A stretch of DNA of 64,000 nucleotides from Alphaproteobacteria bacterium (GCA_964291285.2 OZ219786.1:608001-672000), one strand, 5' to 3'; counted from the first letter of the stretch, positions 29,218 through 40,126 are shown. The notes: generated by a model not told the origin, from the sequence alone. Numbers and translations: made by a program.

Positions 29218-30336
29218 ATGCCCAATGTCCGCCTCAGCGCGAGCCGGATCGAGGCTCTCAGGCCCCGCAAATCCCCATACGACGTGCGCGACAGCGACCT
29301 GAAGGGCTTCGGCGTCCGCGTCCTGCCCACGGGCGCCAAGCGTTTCTTCATCCACAGCCAGCACGAGGGGCGCCGGGTCTGGAAGACGGTGGGCGACGCC
29401 GGCGGCATCGGCCTCGACGAGGCCCGCCGGCAGGCGGCGGAACTGCTTGCCGCGCTCCGCCGCGACGAAATACCCGCCCTGCCGGAAGACAGGGTCTTCG
29501 GGGCCGTGGCAGAGGAGGTGTTTTCTCGCTACGGGCGTCACTGGAAGCCCGGAACCATGAAGGTCAACCGGAACTATCTGCGCAACCAGATTCTTCCCCG
29601 GTTCGGCGGGATGAACATAGCCGACATCACGAAAGCCGATGTGCAGCGCTGGTTCGCGTCCCTTTGCGCGACGCCCGTCGCTGCCGACCGGTCCATGCCG
29701 ATCCTCTCCGTTATCATGCGCCAGGCCGAGCTTTACGGCTACCGCCCGGAGGGCAGCAATCCCTGCACCGGCATCCGGCGCTACCGGCGCGAGGGTCGGG
29801 AGCGGTTTCTTTCCGCGACCGAGCTTCGCCGCCTCGCGCGCGTGCTCGAAGATCATGAAGACCGGCATTCGCGCAGCGTCGCGTTCATCCGCCTGCTGCT
29901 ACTGACCGGCTGCCGCAAGACCGAAATACTGACGCTGCAATGGCCCGACTTCCGGGAGGGCCGCCTGTTCCTGCGCGACGGCAAGGCCGGTCCCCGGACG
30001 GTCTGGCTGTGCTCGCCCGCGCGCGACATCCTCGACGGGCTTGCGCGCGAGGGCAGGTGGGTCTTCCCCTCCACGCAGCGGCAGGGGCCGGTCTCGATAA
30101 CGATCTTCGAGACCTTCTGGCGGCGGGTCCGGGAGAAGGCGGAGATTGCCGATGTTCGCCTGCACGACCTCCGTCATACATATGCCAGCATCGCCATCAT
30201 GGGAGGCGAAACCGTCACGACGACGGCACGCCTGCTCGGGCACAACGACGCGCAGACGACACTGAAATACGTCCATCTCCGCGACCGTTCGGTCCGGGAG
30301 GCCACTGACGCTCTCGCCGGCATTCTCGGGGAGTGA
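29218..30336 (+). CDS. Tyrosine recombinase/integrase 1 with N-terminal arm-binding domain
   Basis: AGGAGG RBS; D..L.GFGVRV.P.G.K.F arm-type N-terminus; LTGCRKTEI, K, HDLRH, LLGH, TLKY catalytic residues all present. Confidence 0.93.
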   Translation: MPNVRLSASRIEALRPRKSPYDVRDSDLKGFGVRVLPTGAKRFFIHSQHEGRRVWKTVGDAGGIGLDEARRQAAELLAALRRDEIPALPEDRVFGAVAEEVFSRYGRHWKPGTMKVNRNYLRNQILPRFGGMNIADITKADVQRWFASLCATPVAADRSMPILSVIMRQAELYGYRPEGSNPCTGIRRYRREGRERFLSATELRRLARVLEDHEDRHSRSVAFIRLLLLTGCRKTEILTLQWPDFREGRLFLRDGKAGPRTVWLCSPARDILDGLAREGRWVFPSTQRQGPVSITIFETFWRRVREKAEIADVRLHDLRHTYASIAIMGGETVTTTARLLGHNDAQTTLKYVHLRDRSVREATDALAGILGE

Positions 30337-30339
30337 GCC

Positions 30340-31563
30340 ATGCCGACACGCAAGAGGCTCACCGACGCCGGCATCGCGAAGCTCAGGCCGCAGGCGCGCG
30401 AATACACGGTATGGGATACCCGGGTGGCCGGGCTCGGGGTCCGGGTCCGGCCTTCCGGCAGCCGGACCATCATCTACCACCGCAAGACGGCCGACGGCGT
30501 TCGGAAGAAGTCCTTCGGCCCGGCGGCGCTGCGAACGGTCGCGGACGTGCGCCATGCCTGTCTCGCGGAAGCGTCCGGGGTGTCCGGCGCGGAGGACAGC
30601 TCCCGCGAGGCGGTGCCGCTGTTGCGGGATTTTGTCGTCGGCCCCTGGAAGGCGGCCTGCTTCGACCGCTGCAAGCCCACGACGCAGAGGGGGTTCAGGA
30701 GCGATCTGAAGCGCCAGCTGCTTCCGGCCTTCGGCGCTCGGCGCCTCGACCGGATCACGCGCGCCATGGTGCTCCGCTGGTTCGAGGACTACAGCAGGAC
30801 AGCGCCCGGCAACGCCAACAAGGCGCTGAAACTGCTGCGGCAGATCCTCAACCATGCCATCGCCTGCGGCCATATCAGCGCCAACCCGGCGAGAGGCATC
30901 CGACACAATCCCGGCCGGAAGATGACGCGGTTCCTGTCCCGTGAGGAAATCGCCCGCCTTCACCGCGTCCTCAACCGGTACACCGAAGGCTCCGCATCCG
31001 AGGCCCAGCAGGCCGACGTCATCCGCCTGCTGCTGCTCACCGGCTGCCGCAAGAGCGAGATCGTGTATCTCCGCCGGAAGGAAGTCAGGGACGACCGGAT
31101 CGAACTCGCGGATACCAAGACCGGGCCGAGAACGGTCCTGCTCAATGCCCCAGCCAGAGAGATCGTCGCGCGACGCATGGCGGAGGGGACCGGCCCCTGG
31201 CTGTTCGCCTCCACAAGATACCCATCCCGTTCCCGATGCCCCAAGCTCTTGCTCTGGTACCGGGTGCGACGCGAGGCCGGCATCGAGGACGTGCGCCTCC
31301 ACGACCTTCGCCACACGGTCGCCAGCCAGGCGGCGATGAACGGCGTGCCCCTGCCAGTCGTCGCCCGCATGCTTGGACACAGCAACGTACGAATGACGAT
31401 GCTTTACGCCCATGTCGGAGACCGCGAGATCGAGGCTGCGGCAGAGCGGGTCGGACAGACCATCGCAGCGATAATCGGCATCGAAGAACCGGAAGCGACG
31501 GCTCCTCCTTCACAAAGGCAAGAGACCATGCCCGAGAGGCCGTCACCGATGCGTGGGGTGTGA
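30340..31563 (+). CDS. Tyrosine recombinase/integrase 2 with N-terminal arm-binding domain
   Basis: WD..VAGLGVRV.PSG, LTGCRKSEI, TKTG, HDLRH, MLGH, MLYAH; begins 3 bp after integrase 1. Confidence 0.93.
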   Translation: MPTRKRLTDAGIAKLRPQAREYTVWDTRVAGLGVRVRPSGSRTIIYHRKTADGVRKKSFGPAALRTVADVRHACLAEASGVSGAEDSSREAVPLLRDFVVGPWKAACFDRCKPTTQRGFRSDLKRQLLPAFGARRLDRITRAMVLRWFEDYSRTAPGNANKALKLLRQILNHAIACGHISANPARGIRHNPGRKMTRFLSREEIARLHRVLNRYTEGSASEAQQADVIRLLLLTGCRKSEIVYLRRKEVRDDRIELADTKTGPRTVLLNAPAREIVARRMAEGTGPWLFASTRYPSRSRCPKLLLWYRVRREAGIEDVRLHDLRHTVASQAAMNGVPLPVVARMLGHSNVRMTMLYAHVGDREIEAAAERVGQTIAAIIGIEEPEATAPPSQRQETMPERPSPMRGV

Positions 31564-32052
31564 GGAAACCGCGCCGAATAGTGTCCTGAACGGGCTTCGT
31601 GACCGCTCAATCCATCGGGCGACGAACGCCGTTGTGTAACCGGCGTTTAGCCCGAGCGGCGCTTCAGGGGCGGCGACCTCCGCGCACTTGCGGAGGCAGT
31701 CCTCGAACCGCTGCGCGGCTTCCGGGTGATACCAAGCAGGCCATGGCTGCACTTGCGGAGCCCTCTCACTATTGTGCCCGTTCAACGACGATGCGCGACC
31801 ACCCACCGCTGCCTGGATCCGCCATGTTCGTCTATACCAAATCCACTTTGGCGAGTTCCGAGCGTGCGAAGGGCGCGCTGAAGAGTTCGACGCGCTGGTT
31901 GCGGAGGCCAGAGCCTTCCAGGATTCACTGCGCCCGGGCGCCGGCGACTGAGCCGGTCCGGCATCCGGAAGCGCAGCATCGCGGGTCTTCCACCGCAAAC
32001 TCCGCGCAAGACGCAGCCATATCGGCGGCCGACGACCTCCCGGAGCGAGGGC

Positions 32053-32346
32053 TCAGCCCAGTCTGGAAAAGGTCTTGATGAGCCTACTCCGGGTGCTGGG
32101 ATGGCCACTGGAAAGCGTCGATTTCCCCGTCTTCTTCATGACCCAGGTAGAGATGGTTGGGTTGACGTTGCCGGGGCCGGACAGACGGGGCGTCCGGTAT
32201 TGGTCGCAGAGCGCGTTGTACTCGCGAAGCAGGGCCGAATCTCTCTCGATGATCTCGAACAGATCATGCACCACCTCTTCGGTGTGCCGCAGAGGCAAAC
32301 GGTCAAGCGCGGCTTGGACGAGTTTGTCAATCGACGATCGGGGCAT
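32053..32346 (-). CDS. Hypothetical protein (97 aa)
   Basis: ATG with GAAAGGA upstream; protein-like composition unlike the GC shadow ORFs; no recognisable motif. Confidence 0.5.
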   Translation of the reverse strand: MPRSSIDKLVQAALDRLPLRHTEEVVHDLFEIIERDSALLREYNALCDQYRTPRLSGPGNVNPTISTWVMKKTGKSTLSSGHPSTRSRLIKTFSRLG

Positions 32347-32833
32347 ATCATTTCCTTTCGATATGCGCTGTCAGGGCGCCTGCCCATGGTGCAGACGGCA
32401 CCGACGACCTCGCCGATGCTTGCATATATACAGTCGAAGAGAAAAATCGGCGAAGCACGGCGGTAATTTTATTCGCGATTGCGATCTTGCGCCGCAGTCT
32501 GACGGTCGTGCTCGTGATCTCGAAATACGGTTCGTCACGGCCGGTGAGGGGCGTGGGGAAGAGCGCTATCCGCCTGCGGCAGCGACTGGAACCCTTTGCA
32601 AATCTCTCCACCGTGGCGCAGCCGCCGTGCGGAAAACTCGTCCGGACGGAAGTGCAGTAGCAGCAAATCGACCAGAAATCCTGACTGACCGCGCATTGCG
32701 CGCGTATGTCGGTCGTATATCGGTCGATCCTTATGCCGTGTTCGGGCACATGTCGGTCATGTATCGGTGAGCTAGGGACAGGCGGGGTCCTGCGGGGGCA
32801 GGAGGATGACGATTCGCGTGTATCGGTGCGATA

Positions 32834-33085
32834 CACGCGCACGCCTCGCACGCGGTCATGAATGGGGAAAGCCTGCATGTCGCCGGACTCCTGCTCGGGC
32901 ATCGGCGCGCAAGCACGACAAACCGTTATGTTGACCTCGACGATGCGACCCTGGGCCAAGCTGATGAGCGGGTGGCGGAGAACATGGAGCGCAAGTTGAG
33001 ACGAGATCATCAGCGCGATTGTGCGACTTCCCCAAGACCTGAGGAAGGAAATTCCCGTGGCGAAAGGTACGGTAGATTTCGCTAG
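32834..33085 (+). pseudogene. C-terminal fragment of a third tyrosine recombinase
   Basis: H.HASHAVMNGESLHVAGLLLGHRRASTTNRYVDL aligns with box II of the two upstream integrases; the HDLR motif and everything before it are missing. Confidence 0.75.
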
Positions 33086-35099
33086 CCCGACTTCCGCAAC
33101 TCGGCTTGAGAATCGACTGATTTGACGGTTTTCCGGCGCGAGAAGTGTCGGATTTCGGTGCAGTACCTCTCGGGACCGGCTTGTAGTGCCGACCTACCCC
33201 CTTGATCGGGCTGGCGAAGATCCGGACGCTGCGCTGATGTTCGTGCGCTGCAAGAGACGCTTCAAGGACGGCAAGGAGCACCGCTACTGGAGCGTTGTGG
33301 AGAACGTCCGGGTCCACGGCGGTCGGGTTGTTCAGCGTCAGGTGCTCTATCTCGGGGAGATCAACGACAGCCAGCGAGCGGCGTGGTGCCGCTCGATCGA
33401 GGTGGTGGAGGGCAAGTCGCGATCACGGCAGATGGCGCTGTTTCCCGAGGACCGGGAGGCGCCGGCGCTGACTTGCGAAGTGGTGAAGATCGACCTCTCG
33501 CAGGTGGCGCTTCACGACCCGCGCCAGTGGGGGGCGTGCTGGCTGGCGCTGTCCTTGTGGGACCGCCTGGACCTGGACCGCTTCTGGGAAGAGCGGCTGC
33601 CGGCGAGCCGGCAAGGCACGCGGTGGCTGGACATCCTGAAGATCCAGGTCTGCTACCGGCTGATCGACCCGGGCAGCGAGTGGCGCCTTCACCGTCACTG
33701 GTATGAGCACAGCGCGCTTCGCGATCTTCTGGGTGGCGAGCGGGCGATCGCCGACGACACACTCTATCGCTGTCTCGACAAGCTGCTGGCGCACAAGCAG
33801 GGCTTCTTCTCGTTTCTGCGCGACCGCTGGGCGACGCTGTTCGAGGCGCGCTTCGACGTGCTGCTCTACGACCTGACCTCGACCTACTTCGAGAGCGATC
33901 CGCCGTTCGATGACAAGCGCCGCTTCGGCTACAGCCGGGACAAGCGGCCCGACTGCGTGCAGGTGGTGATCGCCCTGATCGTTACGCCGCAGGGCTTTCC
34001 GCTGGCCTATGAGGTGATGCCGGGCAACACCTCCGACGACACCACGCTGGCGGCGTTCCTCAAGAAGATCGAGGATCAGTATGGCCGCTCCGAGCGGGTG
34101 TGGATCATGGACCGCGGCATCCCCACCGAGGAGACGCTGGCCGCGATGCGCGAGGGCGAGGCGCCGGTGCGCTACCTGGTGGGCACGCCCAAGGGCCGGC
34201 TGACGCGGCTCGAGAAGGTGTTCCTGGGCCTGCCCTGGCAGGAGGTGCGCCAGTCCGTGACTGTCAAGCTTCTGGTCGAGGATGGCGAGCTCTACGTCCT
34301 GGTGCGCAGCGAGGGGCGGCAGGTGAAGGAACGCGGCATGCGCCGGCGCCGGCTGAAGAGGCTGTGGCGTCGATTGGCCGAGTTGCAAGGGCAGTCGAAC
34401 AGCCGGGATCAGTTGTTGCTCAAGCTCGGCGCCGCCAGGAAGGAGGCCGGCCGGGCCTGGAGCCTGGTCGACATCACCGTGCCCGGGACCGACAGCGAAC
34501 TCGCCGCCAACGGCTTCTCATTCCGCCTGCAGCGCGACCGGCTGCGCCAGGTCCGCCGCCGCGAGGGCCGTTACCTGCTGCGATCCAACATGGTCGCCGA
34601 AGACCCCGCCACGCTGTGGCATCTGTACATGCAGCTCGTCGAGATCGAGCAGGCGTTCAAGGAACTCAAGCACGACCTCGCGATCCGCCCCATCTTCCAT
34701 CAGCGCCAAGAGCGCATCGAGGCGCATATCTTCGTCTCGTTCATCGCCTACTGCCTGCTGGTGACCCTGAAGAACCTCGCCCGGCCGCACGCCCCGGGCC
34801 TCACCCCACGCGCCATCCTTGAGGCCTTCGCCACCATCCAGATGGTGGACGTCCATCTGCCAACCACCGACGGCCGGCACCTCGTCCTGCCGCGCCACAC
34901 CCGGCCGAACAAGGAGCACGAGCTACTGCTGCAACAGCTCGGCATGACCTGGCCGCAGCAACCCGCACCCCGGATCTCCGCCTGACGGCACACGGCGCCG
35001 CCTCTCCGTTCGCCGCCTTGTAGTGCCGACCCTCGGGGAGACGATCAAGGCTATTCAATGAGTTAGCATCCTCATGACCCCCGAGTTGCGGAAGTCGGG
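33086..35099 (+). mobile_element. IS1634-family insertion sequence, copy 2 (2014 bp)
   Basis: Same 19-bp IRs; CTAG on both sides (33082-85 and 35100-03). One visible difference from copy 1 (G11304 vs A34789, Arg/His). Confidence 0.95.
33237..34985 (+). CDS. IS1634-family DDE transposase
   Basis: Identical to 9752..11500 except one residue. Confidence 0.92.
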   Translation: MFVRCKRRFKDGKEHRYWSVVENVRVHGGRVVQRQVLYLGEINDSQRAAWCRSIEVVEGKSRSRQMALFPEDREAPALTCEVVKIDLSQVALHDPRQWGACWLALSLWDRLDLDRFWEERLPASRQGTRWLDILKIQVCYRLIDPGSEWRLHRHWYEHSALRDLLGGERAIADDTLYRCLDKLLAHKQGFFSFLRDRWATLFEARFDVLLYDLTSTYFESDPPFDDKRRFGYSRDKRPDCVQVVIALIVTPQGFPLAYEVMPGNTSDDTTLAAFLKKIEDQYGRSERVWIMDRGIPTEETLAAMREGEAPVRYLVGTPKGRLTRLEKVFLGLPWQEVRQSVTVKLLVEDGELYVLVRSEGRQVKERGMRRRRLKRLWRRLAELQGQSNSRDQLLLKLGAARKEAGRAWSLVDITVPGTDSELAANGFSFRLQRDRLRQVRRREGRYLLRSNMVAEDPATLWHLYMQLVEIEQAFKELKHDLAIRPIFHQRQERIEAHIFVSFIAYCLLVTLKNLARPHAPGLTPRAILEAFATIQMVDVHLPTTDGRHLVLPRHTRPNKEHELLLQQLGMTWPQQPAPRISA

Positions 35100-36929
35100 C
35101 TAGGAGAAGAGGAGTTTGGCAGACTGTATACCGGCGTCGTCCTGGAGATGTCGCCGCTGCCGGGCTTCCGGCCCGGCCGGGGGAAGCCGGGTCTGCAGCG
35201 TCTGCTCTGGCCCTGGCTGCGCGGATTCGGCGATCCGCTCGCATATGCGGGCGCCTGCGGGTTGCTCCTTGCGCTGCCGGGGATCGCCATTCCGTTGCTG
35301 CTCGCGGGCTTCGTCGACTACACACTCGAAGGTGGCGAGCAGGCTTGGGGCGCGGTGTTCGTCGGCGCGATGCTGGTGGCGTCCGCGCTCTTGTATGCGC
35401 TCACATGGTTGCAGCAACGCTGTTTGCATCGCCTGACCCTGCATGTCTCCGTGGAGCAGGCGGATCGCTTCGTCACGCGGCTCCTGCAACTCCCGATCGA
35501 CTACTTCTCGCGCCGCCAGCCCGGTGACATAGTGGCTCGCTTGAAGTCCATCGACGAGACGGCGGCCACGGCGTCGAGGGAACTTGTGGCGCTCTGCATC
35601 GAGCTGGCGATGAGTGCGCTCTTTCTTGTTCTGATGTTTGCGATGGACGGCTTGCTGGCGGCCATGGTGGCCACGCTGGCCGTCATGTGCGTGGCTCTGA
35701 TGCGCCTGCTTTCGCGATATCGAGTGGACACCAATCAGATCTGGAGCAAGGAGAAGGGCCAGCTACACGGCATCGAGATGGAGAACATCGGGCGAATCGA
35801 CTCCGCTCACGTCAAGGCACAGGAACACGATTGCCTCGCCCGGATGGGCGGGCACCAGGCGCGCGAGGTAGTCGCCCGACAACGGGTCTTCGCGCTCGGT
35901 CAAGTGATCGCGTCGTTCCCCGCGCTGTTCCAGGTGCTGGGCAGCGCGCTCGTACTGGGCTTCGGCGGCTGGCGCGTCATGGTCGGCGACATGAGTCCTG
36001 GTCTTCTGATGGGGTTCTTCCTCGTGGCGGAGAACTTTCTGCGCCCGGTGGCCCGCTTTGTGGAGTTCGCTGATCGGATGCGCGTTCTCGAAGCCGGCCT
36101 CCTGCGCGTACGCGATATCGCAGACGCCGCGCCTGACGAGGGCCAGACAACATTGCAGGACGGCACGGCTGCCCGGACGATTTCCACGATCGACGGCCGC
36201 CTGCGGACGGTCGGCCGCGTTCGCTTCGAGGACGTTACCTTCGGATACCGTCGCGGCGTGCCTCTCATCGAGAATTTCAGCCTGTCCGTCGAACCCGGCC
36301 AGCGGGTGGCCATCGTCGGGTCGAGCGGCTCCGGCAAGTCGACACTCGCCGGATTGCTCGCCGGCCTCAACCGGCCGTGGTCGGGACGCATCCTGCTCGA
36401 CGGCCATCCGCATGCCGACATTCCCAACCCCGTCCTGACCCGGTCCGTGGCAATCGTGGAGCAGCGCATCCAGCTCTTCGAGGGCAGCATTCGCGACAAC
36501 CTGACCATGTGGGACCCGACCGTGGCGGACGAAGCCATCATGGCGGCCGCCCGCGATGCGGCGATACACGACGAAATCATGGCCCGCGCAGATGGCTACG
36601 ATGCGCGTGTCGCCGAGGGAGGGCACAACTTCAGCGGCGGCCAGCGTCAACGGCTGGAAATCGCCCGCGCCCTCGTCAGCGACCCGTCCGTGTTGATCCT
36701 CGACGAAGCAACGGCGTCCCTGGATCCTGTGGTCGAACTGCGGGTGGACGACGCGTTGCGCCGTCGCGGCTGTACTTGCTTCATCGTCGCCCACCGTCTC
36801 AGCACGATCCGCGACGCCGACCTGATCGTTGTGCTCGAAAGCGGCAGGGAGGTGAAGCGCGGCTCCCACGAGCAACTGCTAGCCGAGCCCGGCGGCGCCT
36901 ACGGACGCCTGTTGGAGAGCGCGTCGTGA
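35100..36929 (+). pseudogene. NHLP bacteriocin export ABC transporter (peptidase/permease/ATPase type) missing most of its C39 peptidase domain
   Basis: The frame opens at the IS end with LGEEEFGRLYTGVVLEM, the tail of a C39 domain. Then an ABC membrane domain, GSSGSGKST, FEGSIRDNLTMWD, NFSGGQRQRLEIARAL, LRRRGCTC.IVAHRLSTIRD (TIGR03796-like). Confidence 0.82.
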
Positions 36930-39900
36930 CGACGGCCAGGCCACGGGACGACGCCGTTGCCGTCGTCGACGCATTTCGGGAGCGGGCGACGGGAGCGGGC
37001 GAACCGGTCCGCGGCGGCGCCAACAGGATGGTCGTCCTCGACGACGCGAACGTTGTCTGGTTCGTCGAGAGCGGCTCGCTGGACGTCTTCGTTGTCGAGT
37101 ACCACGAGGCCGATGCCGCTCTTAGCGCGTCGAGACTCAAGCACGTGTTCCGGGCGGGGCCGGGAGAAGTTGCGTTCGCCTTCCTGCCCACCGAGTCCGC
37201 GTTGCGGCTCGTCGCAAAGGGTTCGGCGGACGCCCGACTGCGCCGGGTACCGGTCTCGGCCTTGCTCGACAAGGAATTTGTCAACGCGCTGTCCGGGCGA
37301 GTGGATGTGTGGGTGACGGCGCTCTGCGCGGCGGTCGTGCGCGACATCACGCTGCGCCCACGGATCGCCCGGCGCATCGAAGCTCCCGGCGAGGTGGAAC
37401 TGCCGGCGGGAGCCGTCGTGGCCGCCCGGCGCGGCGTGGCATGGATCACCTTGCCGGAAGACGGCGGAGGGGCAGCGTATCTGGACACCGAAGCGCTCGA
37501 CGGAGAGGGCCTCACGTTCGCCCCCGTTACCCGGGAAGCGTGGCTACGGCTCGGGGATCCGATCGCGCTGCCATGCGCCACCACCGAACAACTGCTGAGC
37601 AGCGGGGCTCTGTCGCGGGCTCTGGCGGATTTCCACTGTCTGATCGCGCGCGCCGAACTGTTCAACCGCCAACTGCTGTTGGCCGACGTGGCTCAGGCGC
37701 AGATGGAGTCGCGTCGCCATCAGCTTGCCAGCGAGCATGGTGCCCGGCGTGGCCTTGCCGGCCTCCTCCGACACGGTGCCGGCTGGCTGCGCGCGCGGGC
37801 GGATGCGGTTCCCGACGGTCGGCAAAGCGCGTTGGCGGCGGCACTCGCCGCCATCGGCGAGTGGGATGACATTCGATTTCGCGAACCCCGCACCGAGGGG
37901 CGGGACTCCGACACGATGCCGATGCTCGATGACATTCTGCACGCTTCCGGCGTGCGCGGCCGACGTGTCACACTGGCGGTCGAGGATCGCTGGTGGCGTG
38001 GCGACAGCGGCGCCCTGTTGGGGTTCCTGCGCGAGGGCGACGAGCCGGTGGCGCTGCTGCCGGGGCGGACGGGCGGCTACCGCATGGTGACTCATCGCGG
38101 TACCCGACGCATCGATGCCGCCGGGGCGCGGTTGCTCCACCCGCATGCGTGGACATTCCTTCGATCTTTGCCCGATGAGCGCAAGGCCACCGGCGGCGAT
38201 CTTCTGCGCACTGCCGGGACGCGTTTGGGCCTCGACCTGCTCCGCGTCTCACTGCTCGGCTTGGTAGTCGGCATGGTGTTGCTGGCTCCGGCTGTCGTGT
38301 TCGGCTTGCTGACCGACCACTTCATCCCCGCCGGCGCCGCTAGCGCGCTGCTGCAGTTGACCGCGCTGCTCGTCGTGCTGGGCGCGGCTGGCGCGGTGCT
38401 GCAAATTCTTCAGGGCACGACGATGCTGAAGCTGGAGGCGCGCATCGCCCTGCACCTCGATGCGGCGATTCAGGACCGAATGTACAAGCTGCCGCCGGCT
38501 TTCATGCGCAGATTCACAACCGGCGACCTCGCCATGCGTGCGTCCTCCTTCCGCACCCTTCGCGATCGTGTCTCGGGCATGATCCTGCAATCCCTGCTGT
38601 CCGCGGTCTTTCTGCTGCCCACATTCCTGTTCCTGTTCTTCTACGACATCGCCATGGGCTGGATCGGTCTGGCCCTGGGGGCGACCGTCCTAGCGCTCGG
38701 CGCCGTGCTCGGGTTCAGGCAGATCGAGCCTCAGCGTCGCTGGTTCGACGCGTCACGGGAGGTGGCGAGCGTACTGCGGCAGTTCCTGAACAGCATGGGA
38801 AAACTGCGAACCACCGGAGCCCAGGCGAGCGCATACACAATCTGGGCGCAACGATACCGGGAGCAGCAACGAGCGTTTGTCGACATCGGCACTTTCGACC
38901 ATCACCTGGTGGCGCTCGGCGTCGCGGCACCCGCATTCGCGGGGACGGTGCTTCTCTGGGCCGCGTGGACGCATTTCGATGGCACCACCGGTGACTTTCT
39001 CGCCATCTTTACTGCATTCATGGTCTTCAATCTGGCGATCACCCGGCTGGCAAATTCCTTCTCCGCGCTTGCCGGCGTCTGGCCGGGCGTGGACCAGGTG
39101 CGCCCGCTGCTGGAGCAGCAGCCGGACCCTCGTCTGGTGAGCGCCGAAACAACGAGCGGCAATGGCCGCGGCACGGTCGGCGGCGCGAGGAGCCGCAGCC
39201 GGCTCGCGCGATACGCGAACGCTGCGCCGGATTCCGAACCGGACACATCCACGAGAAGAGATATCGAGATCAGAGGCGGAATCGGTATCCACCACGTAAT
39301 ACCAACGGTCGTTGATTGGAACCGATAGCAGATCCTCCCTCCGCAGCTCGCCCCCTGAGCCGAGGCCTCCTACTGCAAGAGGTAATCTCCGCCGAGAGAG
39401 GCTAATCGGTTCTTATCTGTGGCCGGTGGTATAAGCTGGGGCTATGACGATGGGCCGCTGGTGCTCGAGGATGTGTCGCTGCATGCCGACCCCGGCGAGT
39501 TCATCGCCATCGTCGGCGGATCGGGCGCCGGCAAGAGCACCTTGCTGCGTCTGGCGCTCGGTCTGGCACGGCCGACATCGGGTTTCGTCAGCTATGACGG
39601 CCGGGATCTGGAGCATCTGGATGCGGTGTCGATACGGCGGCAAATCTCGGTCGTGCTGCAGGACGGCGACCTGCCGGAAGGCTCGGTGGAGGACGCGATT
39701 CTCGGGGTCTCGAACAGTCTCACCATCAACGACGCCTGGCAGGCGGCCCGCCTCGCGGCCGTCAGCGACGATATCGCCGCCATGCCGATGGGCATGCACA
39801 CCGTGATCGGATCCAGCGGGACAACGCTGTCCGGCGGCCAGGTTCAGCGCATCCAGATCGCCGCAGCGTTGGTGCGCAACCCCCACATCCTGATTCTCGA

Positions 39901-40126
39901 CGAAGCGACCAACTGGCTGGACAACCGGAAGCAGGCCGAGGTGATGCACAACATCGAACATCTGGAAATCACCCGCATCGTGGTAGCCCATCGGATGTCC
40001 ACGATTCGCCATGCCGACCGCATCTACGTACTTGAAGCGGGCAAGGTCGTTCAGCAGGGTTCCTATGGCGCCCTGGCCGACCGGGAGGGAACCTTTCGCG
40101 ATCTGATCCGGCGCCAGCTCGCTTGA
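36926..40126 (+). pseudogene. NHLM bacteriocin system ABC transporter ATP-binding protein, interrupted by the 132-bp element
   Basis: GTGA overlap with the previous gene; VWFVESGSLDVF, R.R.V.L....WW..DSG.LLGF...PVALLP (TIGR03797-like). The ATPase part (GGSGAGKST, LSGGQ, LDEAT) continues in the same frame after the insertion. Confidence 0.85.
39300..39431 (+). mobile_element. 132-bp MITE-like structured element, copy A
   Basis: TACC...GGTA ends with imperfect 27-bp terminal IRs; TAA duplication at 39297-99 and 39432-34; 130/132 identical to the reverse complement of 57495-57626. Confidence 0.92.

Noticed and set aside
31564-32050. Short direct repeat GCACTTGCGGAG and possible gene remnant downstream of integrase 2
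   Set aside because: Only two 12-bp copies, and no identifiable protein family in the frames I read.
39300-39431. 132-bp element as a CRISPR repeat, tRNA, hammerhead ribozyme or IS1634 derivative
   Set aside because: No repeat-spacer array, no T-loop or CCA, no CUGANGA/GAAA core, and its ends and duplication differ from the IS1634 copies.
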